A stretch of DNA of 64,000 nucleotides from Pristiophorus japonicus. Lineage: Eukaryota. Location of the stretch: the NCBI RefSeq assembly GCF_044704955.1, contig NC_091977.1, positions 369,830,001-369,894,000 of the forward strand, written 5' to 3'. Below are positions 34,870 to 48,780 of this stretch, piece after piece; the first letter of the stretch is position 1; each line of letters starts with the position of its first letter. The notes below the pieces were generated by a model. It had not been told where the DNA came from. It made no database searches and was given only the letters and a program-made list of their open reading frames with translations. The position numbers were made by a program, and so were the translations under genes.

Positions 34870-36900
34870 ACCCCAATGGAGGAGACAGTGCAGGCCATTA
34901 TACGAAGGGGCATCACTGAGGCTATAGCCACTGGCAGCAATGGAGGGATTGATGATGAAGGTATCTGCTTACCTAATCCTCCGTCTTTCATCCCACTTCT
35001 CCCTCATCCCACTTCTCCCTCATCCCGCAATCTCTTCTGACTCACAAGCTGCAGATTGTGTAAGCACGCACTTCTTACTTTCTCCTCTACTCTCACCACA
35101 ACCCAACCCTTCTCTCTTTATATTTCACATGATAAGGAGGCAGTGGGAACAGAGAGCAATGGAGGTTAATACCAGGAGTATAGACCCAAGGACCTGGATG
35201 CAGTGACAGAAATTTACTGTCACTTGTGCAAGTGCTCAAGATCAGTGAATGCCTCTTCAAATGCCAAATCCTATCAACTGCACCACTTGCCTCAACCACT
35301 GCTCAATTCACCACACCCCTATCACTCACCAACCAATCACTATCAATCAGGACTTAACATTCTAACATTCCAATCAAACTAACATTCATATGCTTTACCT
35401 CACCCTCACACATTTAGCGCTGTTGCAAGCCTCACACGCACATCTTACAGCTTGCACATACTGACAGCTATTCAACCATGACAGCCATATCACCCAAACA
35501 GATTGCATGACATTCCCTGACCCACTTCTCTATCTCTTGCAGGAGAAGGTGGTTCACAACCGGAGGCAGCAGGAACTAACCAGAGGGAGAGAGGCGTGCC
35601 TGCATGTTCTAACTCCTATAGAGGCGACAGTGCTAGCCATTATGGAAAGAGCTATAAATGAGGCCATGGCCACAGGGAGCGTGGGGGGGGCGGGGGGGGG
35701 AGCTGAAGCCACTGAAGATGACAGTATCCTCATAAGTAATCCTCCTTCTCACATTCCACTTCTTCCTCATCCACTACTCTCTTCTGACTTACAAGCTGCA
35801 GATGGTGTAAGCACACACTTCTCACTTTCTTCTCTCCCTCACCACAACCCAACCCGTGCCCCTTTTTTATTTCACAGTCCCAAGAAGTGCAACGTACCCA
35901 GGCAGTGATGATGAAGACACTCCATCACTTGATTTCATACTCGCAGCCACCAGCTCAGATACCAACACAGCACATAATTTAAAGGATAGCATAGAGGCGG
36001 GATCTGCATGTGGTGAGACACCGGGCACAAGTGCGCTGCAGCGAGGGTAGGGGGAAAGAAGAGCACAGGTGCCAGCTCGCCAGAGGGCGAGGTCACACAC
36101 TAGGTCTGCTGCAGAGGAGTCAGATAGGATTTCGATGGGCCAGGGTACAGAAGAAGGCTGATGGGTATAAATAACCAAATGCACTGGGAAGCCTGCCAGA
36201 GAGCCTGGCCCAATGTCCAGGAGCATGGAGGAGTCCAGCACCAACAGCACAGGGCTTTGCTCAGAGCTTGGAGCCTGTCCTTTCCAAAATGGAATGGGTG
36301 GTCTCCTCAATCAGCACACCTGTGGAACCCACCATGAAGCAGCATCTGATGGCCGATGTCACAACTTCCATTACAGCACAAACAGCTTCCATCAAAGGTC
36401 TGCCACAGTGGAAGCTCAGACTGCTGCCTTGCAAACTCAGGCTGCTGTCATCATGTGTTGATGACAGCTCCTTTTAACGTGTTCAAAGGGGCTTCCTCCA
36501 GGGTATCACATAGTCCATAAATATGTTCTCCAACAGGTCAGTAGAATTGCTGAGGTGCCACCCTGGGAGAGTGGTAGTGACTCCATGGAGTATAAACTTA
36601 CTGTCCTCTCTCAGGATGACCGCATTTCTGCTCCCAACTCTGCCACTCCACCAGTGTCCTTGATACTGCCTGTCAGCCAGCAGCAGTCCAGACTGATGCT
36701 GCCCAGGCCGTGATAGTGCAGTCTGAAACCAGGCCTTCTCGGCCCAGAGCTGCTCGAAGTCACTCTTCAAGGCCATCTGCAGTCTCCTTAATTGGAGGTC
36801 AGCAGCCTTCCAATAGCCATGCTGAAGCCACCTTGTAGGAGCAGTAGGTGTGTCAAAGGCACACACAAGACGGACACTAAAGAAATGCAAAGGTAAGTAG
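34870..36900 (+). pseudogene. Rearranged Harbinger Myb/SANT-like gene
   Basis: RRQWEQRAMEVNTRSIDPRTWMQ (SANT remnant); exon EKVVHNRRQQELTRG...LTPIE after TTGCAG; acidic third exon. Confidence 0.65.
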
Positions 36901-37019
36901 TTTATTTTTGTGTGCATTATGCATTGATTCAATTTATAAATTTGGATTAGACTGTGAATTTTCTGCTAGTTTTTATTTTTGTGTTGTCGGAAAGAGGACA
37001 CTGTGGTTGTCAGTGACAA

Positions 37020-38329
37020 AGCAGCATGTTACCACAAATCTTGATATTCGCTCATTCTGAGTCCTGCAGGGTCTTCCAGAACAGTTCATTCAAAAAAAGA
37101 AAGACTTGCATTTATATAACGCCTTTCATGGCCACCGAATGTCCCAAAGAGCCTTACAGCCAATGAGGTACTTTTTGAAGTGTAGTCACTGTTGAAATAT
37201 AGTAATTGTGACAGCCAAATATGCGATCAGCAAGCTCCCACAAACAGCAATGAGATAATGACCAGATAATCTGTTTTTGTTATGTTGGTTGAGGGATAAA
37301 TATTGGCCAGGACACCGGGGATAACTTCCCTGCTCTTCTTCGAAAAGTGACATGGGATCTTTTACATCCACCTGAGAGAGCAAACAAGACCTCGGTTTAA
37401 TGTCTCACCCGAAAGACGGCACCTCCGACAGTACAGCACTCCCTCAGTACAGCACTGGAGTATCAGACTAGATTTTTGTGCTCAAATCTCTGGAGTCGGA
37501 CTTGAACCCACAACAGCAGAAGTGTTGCTTGAGGACGCCAATGGTGTGCTCTATAATGTTCCATGTGGCAGCATAGCTCTCATTGTAGGCCTGCTGTGCA
37601 TGTGTGTGTGGGTTCCGGACCGGAGTTATAAGCCATGTCATGAGTGGATAGCCCTTGTCACTCAATAGCCAGCCTTTGACTTGCTATGATCAGTCAAATA
37701 CAGCTGGCACAGTTAATTCCCACAGAATTAATGAATCGTGACTATTGCCAGGATAACAGGCATTCACATGCATGATGTGCTGCCTGTGGCCACACACCAG
37801 TGTGCAGTCAATGGCACCCTTGCCCATGGGGAAGCCTGTAATCCATGCAAATACTTGTGCTCACTCCACCTGCTTGCCTCTGGCAAGAGGGAATGAGATG
37901 AAGCTGTCTCTCTGTGTATAGAGCGTCATTAACCTCCCCTATGCAGCAGTGCACTGCAAACTGCGAGACGTTGCTTACATCAGCAACCTGGAAGGAGCTA
38001 GACACATAAAAGTTAAGAGCCACAGTCACCTTGACAGCCACAGGCAATGCTGTCCTTGCCCTACTCTGAGTTTGCAGTTGTGGCTGCAGCAGTTGGCAGA
38101 TTTCAGTCTCAGCCTCTTTTGTGAAGCAAAGACATATCAAGCACGGGTCCTTGCTGAAGCTGAGGTAAGAAAATTGCTTCCTAAAGACCAGCTGCCAATA
38201 TGACTGCCTGTTGAGTGCCCTTCTCTCCCTCCTCCTTTCCCTTCTAGCAGCTTGTCCTGCTCTGCATGGCCTCTCTTCATTGTCCCAATCATGCTCAATT
38301 CCAAGAGGAAACCCTACCAGGCAACCCAT
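37020..38329 (-). pseudogene. Harbinger transposase pseudogene, interrupted by a SINE
   Basis: ALPVAVKVTVALNFY...FQ, SDKGYPL..WLITP and NIIEHTIGVLKQHF motifs. Confidence 0.9.
37092..37514 (-). mobile_element. DeuSINE (SacSINE1-like), 5'-truncated
   Basis: Deu-domain-like GGAGGTGCCGTCTTTCGG...AAAGATCCCATG...CCCCGGTGTCCTGGCCAA; tail TATATAAATGCAAGTCTTTCTTT; B-box GGTTCAAGTCC; family named from recall of the consensus. Confidence 0.8.
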
Positions 38330-38501
38330 GTCAAGAAGCAACTTGTTTCTGCACAAGTTTTTAAATCAACAAAAAAATACTTCAATACCATCCAGATCAC
38401 TTCCTGTTGACCAACTATAGGAAAGCTCCAAGAATGCATACGATTGCACCAGCAGCCAGAAGAAATAATCCAACAACTAACATGTAAGTAGTTCATGCTC
38501 A

Positions 38502-40689
38502 GTAGATCAGGAGGTCCAAGAGCTAATAGATCGCAAGCGCAGGCATTTCTGAGCCTTAAGCAACAACCCAACCCGGGAGCAGCAAAGCAACATTACAGAC
38601 GGCTCAAGGCTGAGGTCCAACAAAAAACCCGGGACCTAAAGAACAGCTGGTGGATGGAGAAAGCACAGGAGATACAGCAGCTGGCCGACAGCCATGATGT
38701 GTGAGGATTCTTCATCGCAGTCAAGGCCACCGACAGTCCAAACTCCCAAGGCCACACCCCACTGCTGGCCATGAACGGGGAAACACTCATGAAGGACACT
38801 GAGGCAGTCAGGGCCCACTGGAAGGAGCACTTTGAAGATCTCCTCAATCGAGACTCTACCTTTAACTCAAGTTTTCTCAACTCCATTCCACAGCATACTA
38901 CCTGCCACCACCTCAGTAAAATCCCAACACTGCACGAGGTAGAAAAAGCCATAAGACAGCTTAAGAACAACAAGGCTACGGGAGTGGATGGAATCCCTGC
39001 TGAGGCACTGAAGTATGGTGGATAGGCATTGTTGGCACGAATATATGACCTCATCTCTCTCATCTGGAGAGAGTAGAGCATGCCGGGGGATCTCAGAGAT
39101 GCAACCATCATGACCATCTTTTAAAAAGGGGACGAGTCCAACTACGGCAACTACTGAGGAATCTCCCTGCTATCAGCCACTGGGAAAGACGCCGCTAGAG
39201 TCCTCCTCAAAGGTCTTCTCCCTGTGGCCAAGAAGCTCCTCCCAGAGTCGCAATGTGGATTTCGTCCCCTACGGGACACAACGGACATGATTTTTGCAGT
39301 GCGACAGCTACAGGGAAAATGCAGAGATTAGCGCCAGCCCTTATACACGGCCTTCTTGAGCTTACAAAGGCCTTTGACACTGTCAACCGCGAGGGTCTAT
39401 TGAGCATATTCCTCCGTTTCAGATGCCCCCAAAAGTTCATCAACATCCTCTGCCTGCTCCACAACAACATGCAGGCCATGGTCCTTACCAACAGACCCAA
39501 ACCACGTCTGGACCGGGGTCAAACAGGGCTGCGTCATTGCCCCAACTCTCTTTTCAATCTTCCTCGCTGCTATGCTCCACTTCAAAGTCAACAATCCCCG
39601 CTGGAGTGGAACTAAACTTGAGAACCAGTGGGAACCTGTTCAAACTTCGCCGTCTCCAGGCCAGCTCCATGACCACCCCAACCTCTGTCGTCGAGCAACA
39701 GTACGCGGACGATACCTGCGTCTGTGCACATACAGGGGCTGAACTCCAGGACATAGTCGATGTATTTACTGAGGCGTACGAAAGCATGGGCCTTACGCTA
39801 AACATCCGTAAGACAAAGGTCTTCCACCAGTCTGTCCTCGCTGCACAGCACTACCCCCCAGTCATCAAGATGCACGGCACGGCCCTGGATAACGTGGACC
39901 ATTTCCCATACCTCGGGAGCCTCTTATCAACAAAAGCAGACATTGACGACAAGATTCAACACCGCCTCCAGTGTGCCAGTGCAGCCTTCAGCCGTCTGAG
40001 GAAAAGAGTGTTTGAAGATCTTGCCCTCAAATCTGGCACCAAGCTCATGGTCTACAGCGCTGTAGTAATATCTCCCCTCCTGTATGGCTCAGAGAAATGG
40101 ATCATGTACAGTAGACACTGGAGCAATACCACCAATGATGTCCCGAGAAGATCCTACAAATCCCCTGGGAGGACAGACGCAACAACATTAGCGTCCTCGA
40201 CCAGGCCAACACCCCCAGCATTGAAGCACTGACCACGCTTGAACAACTCCGTTGGGCAGGCCACATTGTCTGCATGCCAGACACGAGATTCCTAAAGCAA
40301 GCGCTTCACTCAGAACTCCTTCACGGCAAACAAGCCAAAGGTGAGCAAAGGAAACATTACAAGGACACCCTCAAAGCCTCCCTGATAAAGTGCAACATCC
40401 CCACTGACAACTGGGAGATCCTAGCCAAAGACCGCCCTAAGTGGAGGAAGTGCATCCGGCAGGATACTGAGCACCTCGAGTCTCATCGCCGAGAGCATGC
40501 AGAAATCAAGCGCAGACAGCGGAAAGAGCGTGCGGCAAATCTGTCCCATCCTTCCTTACACTCAACGGCTATTTGTCCCACCTGTGACTGGGGCTGTGGT
40601 TTTCGTATTGGACTGTTCAGCCACCTAAGGACTCATTCTAAGAGTGGAAGCAAGTCTTCCTCGATTCCGAGAGGCTGCCTATGATGATG
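38502..40689 (+). mobile_element. 5'-truncated RTE-clade LINE
   Basis: KATGVDGIPAE, LTKAFDTVNR, QYADD, FPYLGS and C-terminal CPTC...SHLRTH; (ATG)n tail; 12-bp TSD AGTTCATGCTCA (38490-38501, 40690-40701). Confidence 0.95.
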
Positions 40690-40773
40690 AGTTCATGCTC
40701 ACTTTAAGTAGTGCTAGTGGGTGGTCCTTCATTTTGTTTAACGCATTCAACAATCTCAGTGCTGGCATCACGT

Positions 40774-43732
40774 CATAGAAACATAGAAACATAGAAACAT
40801 AGAAAATAGGTGTAAGAGTAGGCCATTCGGCCCTTCAAGCCTGCACCACCATTCAATATGATCATGGCTGATCATGCAACTTCAGCACCCCATTCCTGCT
40901 TTCTCTCCATACTCCTTGATTCCTTTAGCAGTAAGGGCCACATCAACTCCCTTTGGAATACATCTAACGAACTGGCCTCAACAACTTTCTGTGGTAGAGA
41001 ATTCCACAGGTTCACAATTCTCTGAATGAAGACGTTTCTCCTCATCTCGGTCCTAAATGGCTTATCCCTTATTCTTAGACTGGTTCTGGACTTCCCCAAC
41101 ATCGGGAACATTTTTCCTGCATCTAACCTGTCCAATCCCGTCAGAACTTTATATGTTTCTGAGATTTCCTCTCATTCTTCTAAATTCCAGTGAATATAAG
41201 CCTAGTCGTTCCAGTCTTTCTTCATATGTCAGTCCTGCCATCCCGGGAATCAGTCTGGTGAACCTTCGCTGCACTCCCTCAATAGCAAGAATATCCTTCT
41301 TCAGATTAGGAGATCAAAACTGCATACAATATTCAATGTGTGGCCTCACCAAGGCCCTGCAGAACTGCAGTAAGACCTCCCTGCTTCTATACTCAAATCC
41401 TCTCGCTATGAAGGCCAACATGCCATTTGCCTTCTTCACTACCGGCTGTACCTGCATGCCAACTTTCAATGACTGATGTACCATGACACCCAGGTCTCGT
41501 TGCATCTCCCCTTTTCCTAATCTGTCACCATTCAGATAATATTCTGCCTTCCTGTTTTTGCCACCAAAGTGGATAACCTCACATTTATCCACATTATATT
41601 GCATCTGCAATGCATTTGCCCACTCACCTAACCTGTCCAAGTCATCCACCTCACAGCTCACACTGCCACCCAGCTTAGTGTCATCTGCAAACTTGGAGAT
41701 ATTACATTCAATTCCTTCGTCTAAATCATTAATGTATATTGTAAATAGCTGGGGTCCCAGCACTGAACCTTGCGGTACCCCACTAGTCACTGCCTGCCGT
41801 TCTGAAAAGGACCCATTTATTCCTACTCTTTGCTTCCTGTCTGCCAACCAGTTCTCTATCCACATCAATGCATTACCCCCAATACCATGTGCTTTAATTT
41901 TGCACACCAATCTCTTGTGTGGGACCTTGTCAAAAGCCTTTTGAAAGTCCAAATAAACCACATCCACTGGTTCACCCTTGTTCACTCTACTAGTTACATC
42001 GTCAAAAAATTCTATAATTCCCTATTTTCTCTCTCCCTCCTTTTTTAAAAAGTGGCGTTACATTAGCTACCCTCCAATCCATAGGAACTGATCCAGTCTA
42101 TAGAATATTGGAAAATGACAACCAATGCATCCATTATTTCTAGGGCCAGTTCCTTAAGTACTCTGGGATGCAGACTATCAGGCCCTGGGGATTTATCAGC
42201 TTTCAATCCCATCAATTTCCCTAACACAATTTCCTGACTAATAAGGATTTCCTTCAGTTCCTCCTTCTCGCTAGACCCTCGGTCCCCTAGTATTTCCGGA
42301 AGGTTATTTGTGTCTTCCTTAGCGAAGACAGAACCAAAGTATTTGTTCAATTTTATTTGTTCCCCATTATAAATTCACTTGATTCTGAATGCAAGGGGCC
42401 TAAGTTTGTCTTCACTAAGCTTTTTCTCTTCACATATCGATAGAAGCTTTTGCAGACAGTTTTTATGTTCCCGGCAAGCTTACTCTTATACTTTATTTTC
42501 TCCCTCCTAATTAAACCCTTTGTCCTCCTCTGCTGAATTCTAAATTTTTCCGAGTCCTCTGGTTTGCTGCTTTTTCTGGCCACTTTATATGCCTCTCCCT
42601 TGGATTCAACACTATCCCTAATTTCCCTTGTTAGCCACGGTTGAGCCACCTCCTCCATTTTATTTTTACGTCAGACAGAGATGTACAATTGTTGAAGTTC
42701 ATCCATGTGATCTCTCAATGTCTGCCGTTGCCTATCCAACCCTTTAAGTATCATTCGCCACCCTATTCTAGCCAATTCACGTCTCATACCATCGAAGTTA
42801 TCTTTCCTTAAGTTCAGGACCCTAGTCTCTGAATTAACTGTGTCACTTTCCATCTTAATCAAGAATTCTACCATATTATGGTCACTCTTCCCCAAGGGGC
42901 CTCGCACAAAAAGATTGCTAATTAAGCCTCTCTCATTACACAACATCCAGTCTAGGATGGCCAGCTCTCTAGTTGGTTCCTCGACATATTGGTCTAGAAA
43001 ACCATCCCTTATACACTCCAGGAAATCCTCCTCCACTGTATTGTTACCAGTTTGGTTAGCCCAATCTATATGTAGATTAAAGTCGCCCATGATAACTGCT
43101 GTACCCTTATTCCACGCATCCCTAATTTCCTGTTTGATGCCATCCCCAACCTCAGTACTACTGTTTGGTGGTCTGTACACAACTCCCACTAACGTTTTCT
43201 GCCCTTTGGTGTTTCGCAGCTCTACCCATATAGATTCCACATCATCCAAGCTAATGTCCTTCCTTACGATTGCATTAATCTCCTCTTTAACCAGCAATGC
43301 TACCCCACCTCCTTTTCCTTTCTGTCTATCCTTCCTGAATATTGAATACCCCTGGATGTTGAGTTCCCAGCCTTGGTCACCCTGGAGCCATGTCTCCATA
43401 ATCGCAATTACATCATATCTGTTTATAGCTATCTGCGCAGTTAATTCATCCACCTTATTACGAATGCTCCTCGCATTGAGAACTTTCAGGCTTGTTGTTT
43501 TTAACACTCTTTGTCCTCTTAGAATTATCTTGTATTGTTTGATTTCTGCCTTTGATTTCTCTGCCCTCCACTTGTCCTTATCTCCTTTTTACCTTTTGCT
43601 TCTGCCCCCATTTTACTTCCCTCTGTCTCCCTGCATAGATTTCCATCCCCCTGCCATATTAGTTTAAACCCTCCCCAACAGCACTAGCAAACACTCCCCC
43701 CATGGACTTTGGTTCTGGTCTTGCCCAGGTGC
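40774..43732 (-). mobile_element. CR1 LINE (end of ORF1, endonuclease and RT) with internal deletions
   Basis: (CATAGAAA)n tail; APE endonuclease NARSI, ETWL, VYRPP, MGDFN, SDH (42671-43507); RT FADD; deletion at about 42012 with TCTA microhomology. Confidence 0.95.
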
Positions 43733-44382
43733 CTGCTCTGCCTGTTGCCGGAGGTTGTTAGGTGCGCATGCGCAAACCCCTTTACCGAGCTGGCGTCCGG
43801 CGCACTTTCCGTCAGAAGTATCCACGCGTATCTCGGACCCCATTTTGGAGCATCAGGAGGCCACATAGCATGTAAAAAAGCGGTATTATGCAGAACAATT
43901 TATTTCGCCTCAGTGTTCCCTTAAGACAAGCCTTTTACTGCTCACACATGGGGCGAGAAATCTGGTTGTGTAGCACCTCATTAATGGCCCGGAGGAGCGT
44001 TAATGCATATCGAATGGCTTACCACCCGGCCCCGCAGATTGTGGTGTCACGATGTGAAATTTGGTTCAGGTTTACTGGCGGCGCAAAGCGCGACCGTCTC
44101 GCCATCTGACTTCAGTCAGATTATGAAGTCAGTAAGCATGCAATAACCCGCTAGCGCCCCACTCACAAAATTAGGTGTGTCTGTCTCATTTAGCGTCTGC
44201 CGCTGAACATGCTGGAGAAACCAGGCGGTCCCACCTTCTTTCGGCAATATCTGGAGGCTATTTGAACGGAGGAGCAATCGGATTAATCGGAGGTCACAGT
44301 GAGTACAACGTTTTGACATTACTTTGCAGCAGCAGATTTATCTGACTTTACAGATTCCTAGCAACATGAGTCTGAGAATTAA

Positions 44383-47300
44383 ATGGGCGCATTACTAGTA
44401 TGCCAGCATTGACTTCTACATGCTCTTGTTAGGTGGTGTCAAGATAGAAGGACTGTTGCCATGTCAGCCCATGACTGAGGCAACCCTGTAGATATCAGGA
44501 CGGGAGGCGTTAGCCCTCCATGGGTTTACTGGGAGCAACGCTCATGCCTTGACCTGTCGGTGGAGCAGTATGTCAGAAGGCTGCGCTTCTGAAAGGGGAT
44601 CCTGACAGAGATATGCCATCTCCTGCAGCCAGACCTGCAGCCTGACATCGGCACCAGAACTGCACTGCCCGTCGCATTGAAGGTCACTGTGGCGCTGACC
44701 TTCTGTGCCTCTGGCTCATAAGAACATAAGAACATAAGAATTAGATACAGGAGCAGGCCATCTAGCCCCTCGTGCCTGCTCCGCCGTTCAACAAGATCAT
44801 GGCTGATCTGGCCATGGACTCAGCTCCACTTGCCCACCCGCTCCCCATAACCCTTAATTCCCTTATTGGTTAAAAATCTGTCCATCTGTGATTTGAATAC
44901 ATTCAATGAGCTAGCCTCAACTGCTTCCTTGGGCAGAGAATTCCACAGATTCACAATCCTCTGGGAGAAGAAATTCCTTCTCAACTCGGTTTTAAATTGG
45001 CTCCCCCGTATTTTGAGGCTGTGCCCCCTAGTTCTAGTCTCTCCGACCAGTGGAAACAACCTCTCTGCCTCTATCTTGTCTATCCCTTTCATTATTTTAA
45101 ATGTTTCGATAAGATCACCCCTCATCTTTCTGAACTCCAACGAGTAAAGACCCAGTCTACTCAATCTATCATCATAAGGTAACCCCCTCATCTCCGGAAT
45201 CAGCCGAGTGAATCATCTCTGTACCCCCTCCAAAGCTAGTATATCTTTCTTTCAGTAAGGTGACCAGAACTGCACGCAGTACTCCAGGTGCAGCCTCACC
45301 AATACCCTGTACAGTTGCAGCAGGACCTCCCTGCTTTTGTACTCCATCCCTCTCGCAATGAAGGCCAACATTCCATTCGCCTTCCTGATTACCTGCTGCA
45401 CCTGCAAACTAACTTTTTGGGATTTATGCACAAGGACCCCCAGGTCCCTTTGCACCGCAGCATGTTGTAATTTCTCCCCTTTCAAATAATATTCCCTTTT
45501 ACTTTTTTTTCCCAAGGTGGATGACCTCACACTTTCCGACATTGTATTCCATCTGCCAAACCTTAGCCCATTCGCTTAACCTATCTAAATCTCTTTGCAG
45601 CCTCTCTGTGTCCTCTACACAACCCACTTTCCAACTAATCTTTGTGTCATCTGCAAATTTTGTTACACTACACTCTGTCCCCTCTTCTAGGTCATCTATG
45701 TATATTGTAAACAGTTGTGGTCCCAGCACCGATCCCTGTGGCACACCACTAACCACCGATTTCCAATCCGAAAACGACCCATTTATCCCGACTCTCTGCT
45801 TTCTGTTAGCCAGCCAACTCTTGATCCATGCTAATACATTTCCTCTGACACCGCGTACCTTTATCTTCTGCAGTAACCTTTTGTGTGGCACCTTATCGAA
45901 TGCCTTTTGGAAATCTAAATACACCACATCCATCGGTAAACCTCTATCCACCATGCTAATTATATCCTCAAAGAATTCCAGTAAATTAGTTAAACATGAT
46001 TTCCCCTTCATGAATCCATGTTGCGTCTGCTTGATTGCACTATTCCTATCTAGATGTCCTGATATTTCTTCCTTAATGATAGCTTCAAGCATTTTCCCCA
46101 CTACAGATGTTAAACTAACCAGCCTATAGTTACCTGCCTTTTGTCTGCCCCCTTTTTTAAACAGAGGCTTTACATTAGCTGCTTTCCAATCCGCTGGTAC
46201 CTCCCCAGAGTCCAGAGAATTTTGGTAGATTATAACGAATGCATCTGCTATAACTTCCGCCATCTCTTTTAATACTCTGGGATGAATTTCATCAGGATCA
46301 GGGGACTTGTCTACCTTGAGTCCTATTAGCCTGTCCAGCACTACTCCCCCGAGTGAAAGTGATTATCTCAAGGTCTTCCCTTCCCACATTCCCGTGACCA
46401 GCAATTTTTGGCATGGTTTTTGTGTCTTCCACTGTGAAGACCGAAGCAAAATAATTGTTTAAGGTCTCAGCCATCTCCACATTTCCCATTATTAAATCCT
46501 CCTTCTCATCTTTTAAGGGACCAACATTTACTTTCGTCACTCTTTTCCCTTTTATATATCGGTAAAAGCTTTTACTATCTGTTTTTATGTTTTGCGCAAG
46601 TTTACTTTCGTAATCTATCTTTCCTTTCTTTATTGCTTTCTTAGTCATTCTTTGCTGCCGTTTAAAATTTTCACAATCTTCTAGTTTCCCAATAACCTTG
46701 GCCACCTTATACGCATTGGTTTTTAATTTGATACTCTCCTTTATTTCCTTGGTTATCCACGGCTGGTTATCCCTTCTCTTACCGCCCTTCTTTTTCACTG
46801 GAATATATTTTTGTTGAGCACTATGAAAGAGCTCCTTAAAAGTCCTCCACTGTTCCTCAATTGTGCCACCGTTTAGTCTGTGTTCCCAGTCTACTTTCCC
46901 TTATGCATTCTATGAATTCCTCCTCAAGGCTACCTCGTGCGATTTGATTTGACCAATCGATATGTTGGTTAAAATCCCCCATGATTACTGCCGTTCCTTT
47001 TTCACATGCCTCCATTATTCACTTGATTATTGTCCCCCCCACCGTGAAGTTATTATTTGGGGGCCTATAAACTACGTCCAGCAGTGACTTTTTCCCCTTA
47101 CTATCTCTAATCTCCACCCACAATGATTCAACATTTTGTTCATTCGAGCCAATATCGTCTTTCACAACTGCCCTGATATCATCCTTTATTAACAGAGCTA
47201 CCCCACCTCCTTTCCTTTCTTGTCTATCTTTCCGAATTGTCAGATACCCCTGTATGTTTAATTCCCAGTCTTGGCCACTCTGCAACCACGTTTCTGCAAT

Positions 47301-48390
47301 GGCCACCAAATCATACCCATTTGTAATGATTTGTGCCGTCAACTCATTTACTTTATTTTGAATGTTGCGTGCATTTAGGTAGAGTGTTTTAATACTAGTT
47401 TTTATACCATGATTTTTAGCTTTGACCCTTCCTGCAGCCCCTTTATATTCATACATATTGTCCCTTCCTAACACCTTGTGGTTTACACTTATCCCAGTGC
47501 TACTCTGCTCTGTTGCCTCTTGCCTTTTGCATTCTTTCTTGGGGTCCTGTTCATTTGAGCTTCCAGGCTGCATCAGGAGACATGTGCAACATCTCTCAAT
47601 TCACTGCACATCGCTGCAACCATGACGTGACGCAGGCTCTGTAGAGACAGAGAACATTCCCAATGAACAGGCTTAAACAGGATGAGTGATCATGTGGGTT
47701 TTCCAGGATAGAGGGTTTCCCGATGGTTCAAAGAACCATTGACTGCACACATGTGGCCTTGAGATCACCATTCCAGAATGCCGAGGTCTTCCGAAACTGA
47801 AATACATACCACTCCCTGAATGTGCAGCTGCTGTGCGACCACACGCAGCACATCCTCACAGTGAATGCCCGCTATCCTGACAGCGCACATGATGCGTTCA
47901 GCCTGCGTGAGAGCACTGTGGCACGAATGTTTGAGCCACCACGGGAAGGGCACGGCTGGCTGCTCGGGGACAAAGCATATGGCGTAGCCACCTGACTAAT
48001 GACCCCCTCCGCAATCCCACCACCCAAGCGGAGCATTGCTACAATGCCAGCCATGTGGCCACCCGCAACATAATCGAGCAGACAATAGGCATGCTCAAGC
48101 AACGGTTCCGCTGCCTGGACCGCTCTGGAGGCAGCCTTCAATACTGCCCTAAACAGGTGTCGCTATTCATTGTGATGTACTGTATGCTGCACAACTTCAT
48201 AATGAGGGCCCAGGCATTGGCAGTGGGGATTGCAGGCCCACCTCAGGAGGCAGAGGAAGAGGAGCCTGCTGAGGCCACAAATGGCCAGCCAGATGAGGAG
48301 GAGAAGCAGCAGCCATGGAGGAGGCACCCTGGCAATGCTGCCGCTGTAAGAGCCATATGTCAGTGGATTATAATGCATCGCTTCTCTTGA
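44383..48390 (+). pseudogene. Harbinger transposase pseudogene split by the CR1 at 44718-47559
   Basis: ALPVALKVTVALTFCASGS|FQAASGD, IDCTHV, HSLNVQL, AHDA, WLLGDKAY and RNIIEQTIGMLKQRFRCLDRSGG motifs. Confidence 0.9.
44718..47559 (-). mobile_element. CR1 LINE (endonuclease and RT) with an internal deletion
   Basis: (CATAAGAA)n tail; ORFs 45499-46341 (RT) and 47019-47573 (APE endonuclease). Confidence 0.95.
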
Positions 48391-48780
48391 ATGAAGGAAG
48401 CAAATGGATGCAGCTGATCTTGACCCGCTATGTGCCATCCATCTCGGTGAAATTCCCCATTAAAGCACAAGACGGGACTGCAAATGGTCAAATGAACATT
48501 GTAATAACTCCATCAAAAGTCTCGCCTCAAACAGCACACCAAAAACCCCTCACCAGCAACTAATAAAAAATGTAACAACTGCCACTTGAAACAGCATAAT
48601 ACACATTCAACTTCAGCAATATGTATACAAACACTCCTGCCATTTGTAGTTCCACACCAGCTTCCATATGCCACAGAAGGCTCAGATCCATATACCGATA
48701 CCAGGCATCAAACAACAGCAACAAGATATTTACAATGATATTTACAGGATGAGGACACCTGTCCATGGTGGCCAAAGTCT

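Larger units (their letters stand above)
34545..40773. mobile_element. PIF/Harbinger transposon 2 (left TIR only; carries SINE and RTE insertions)
   Basis: TIR-like GGGGGAGAAATTGG at 34545; Myb gene remnants on + and transposase on -; right end lost at the CR1. Confidence 0.8.

Noticed and set aside
42840-43667. Long antisense ORFs over CR1 ORF2 (also 45521-46129, 6333-6743, 41558-41944)
   Set aside because: They are shadow frames of the LINE coding sequence and recur only because the copies are homologous.
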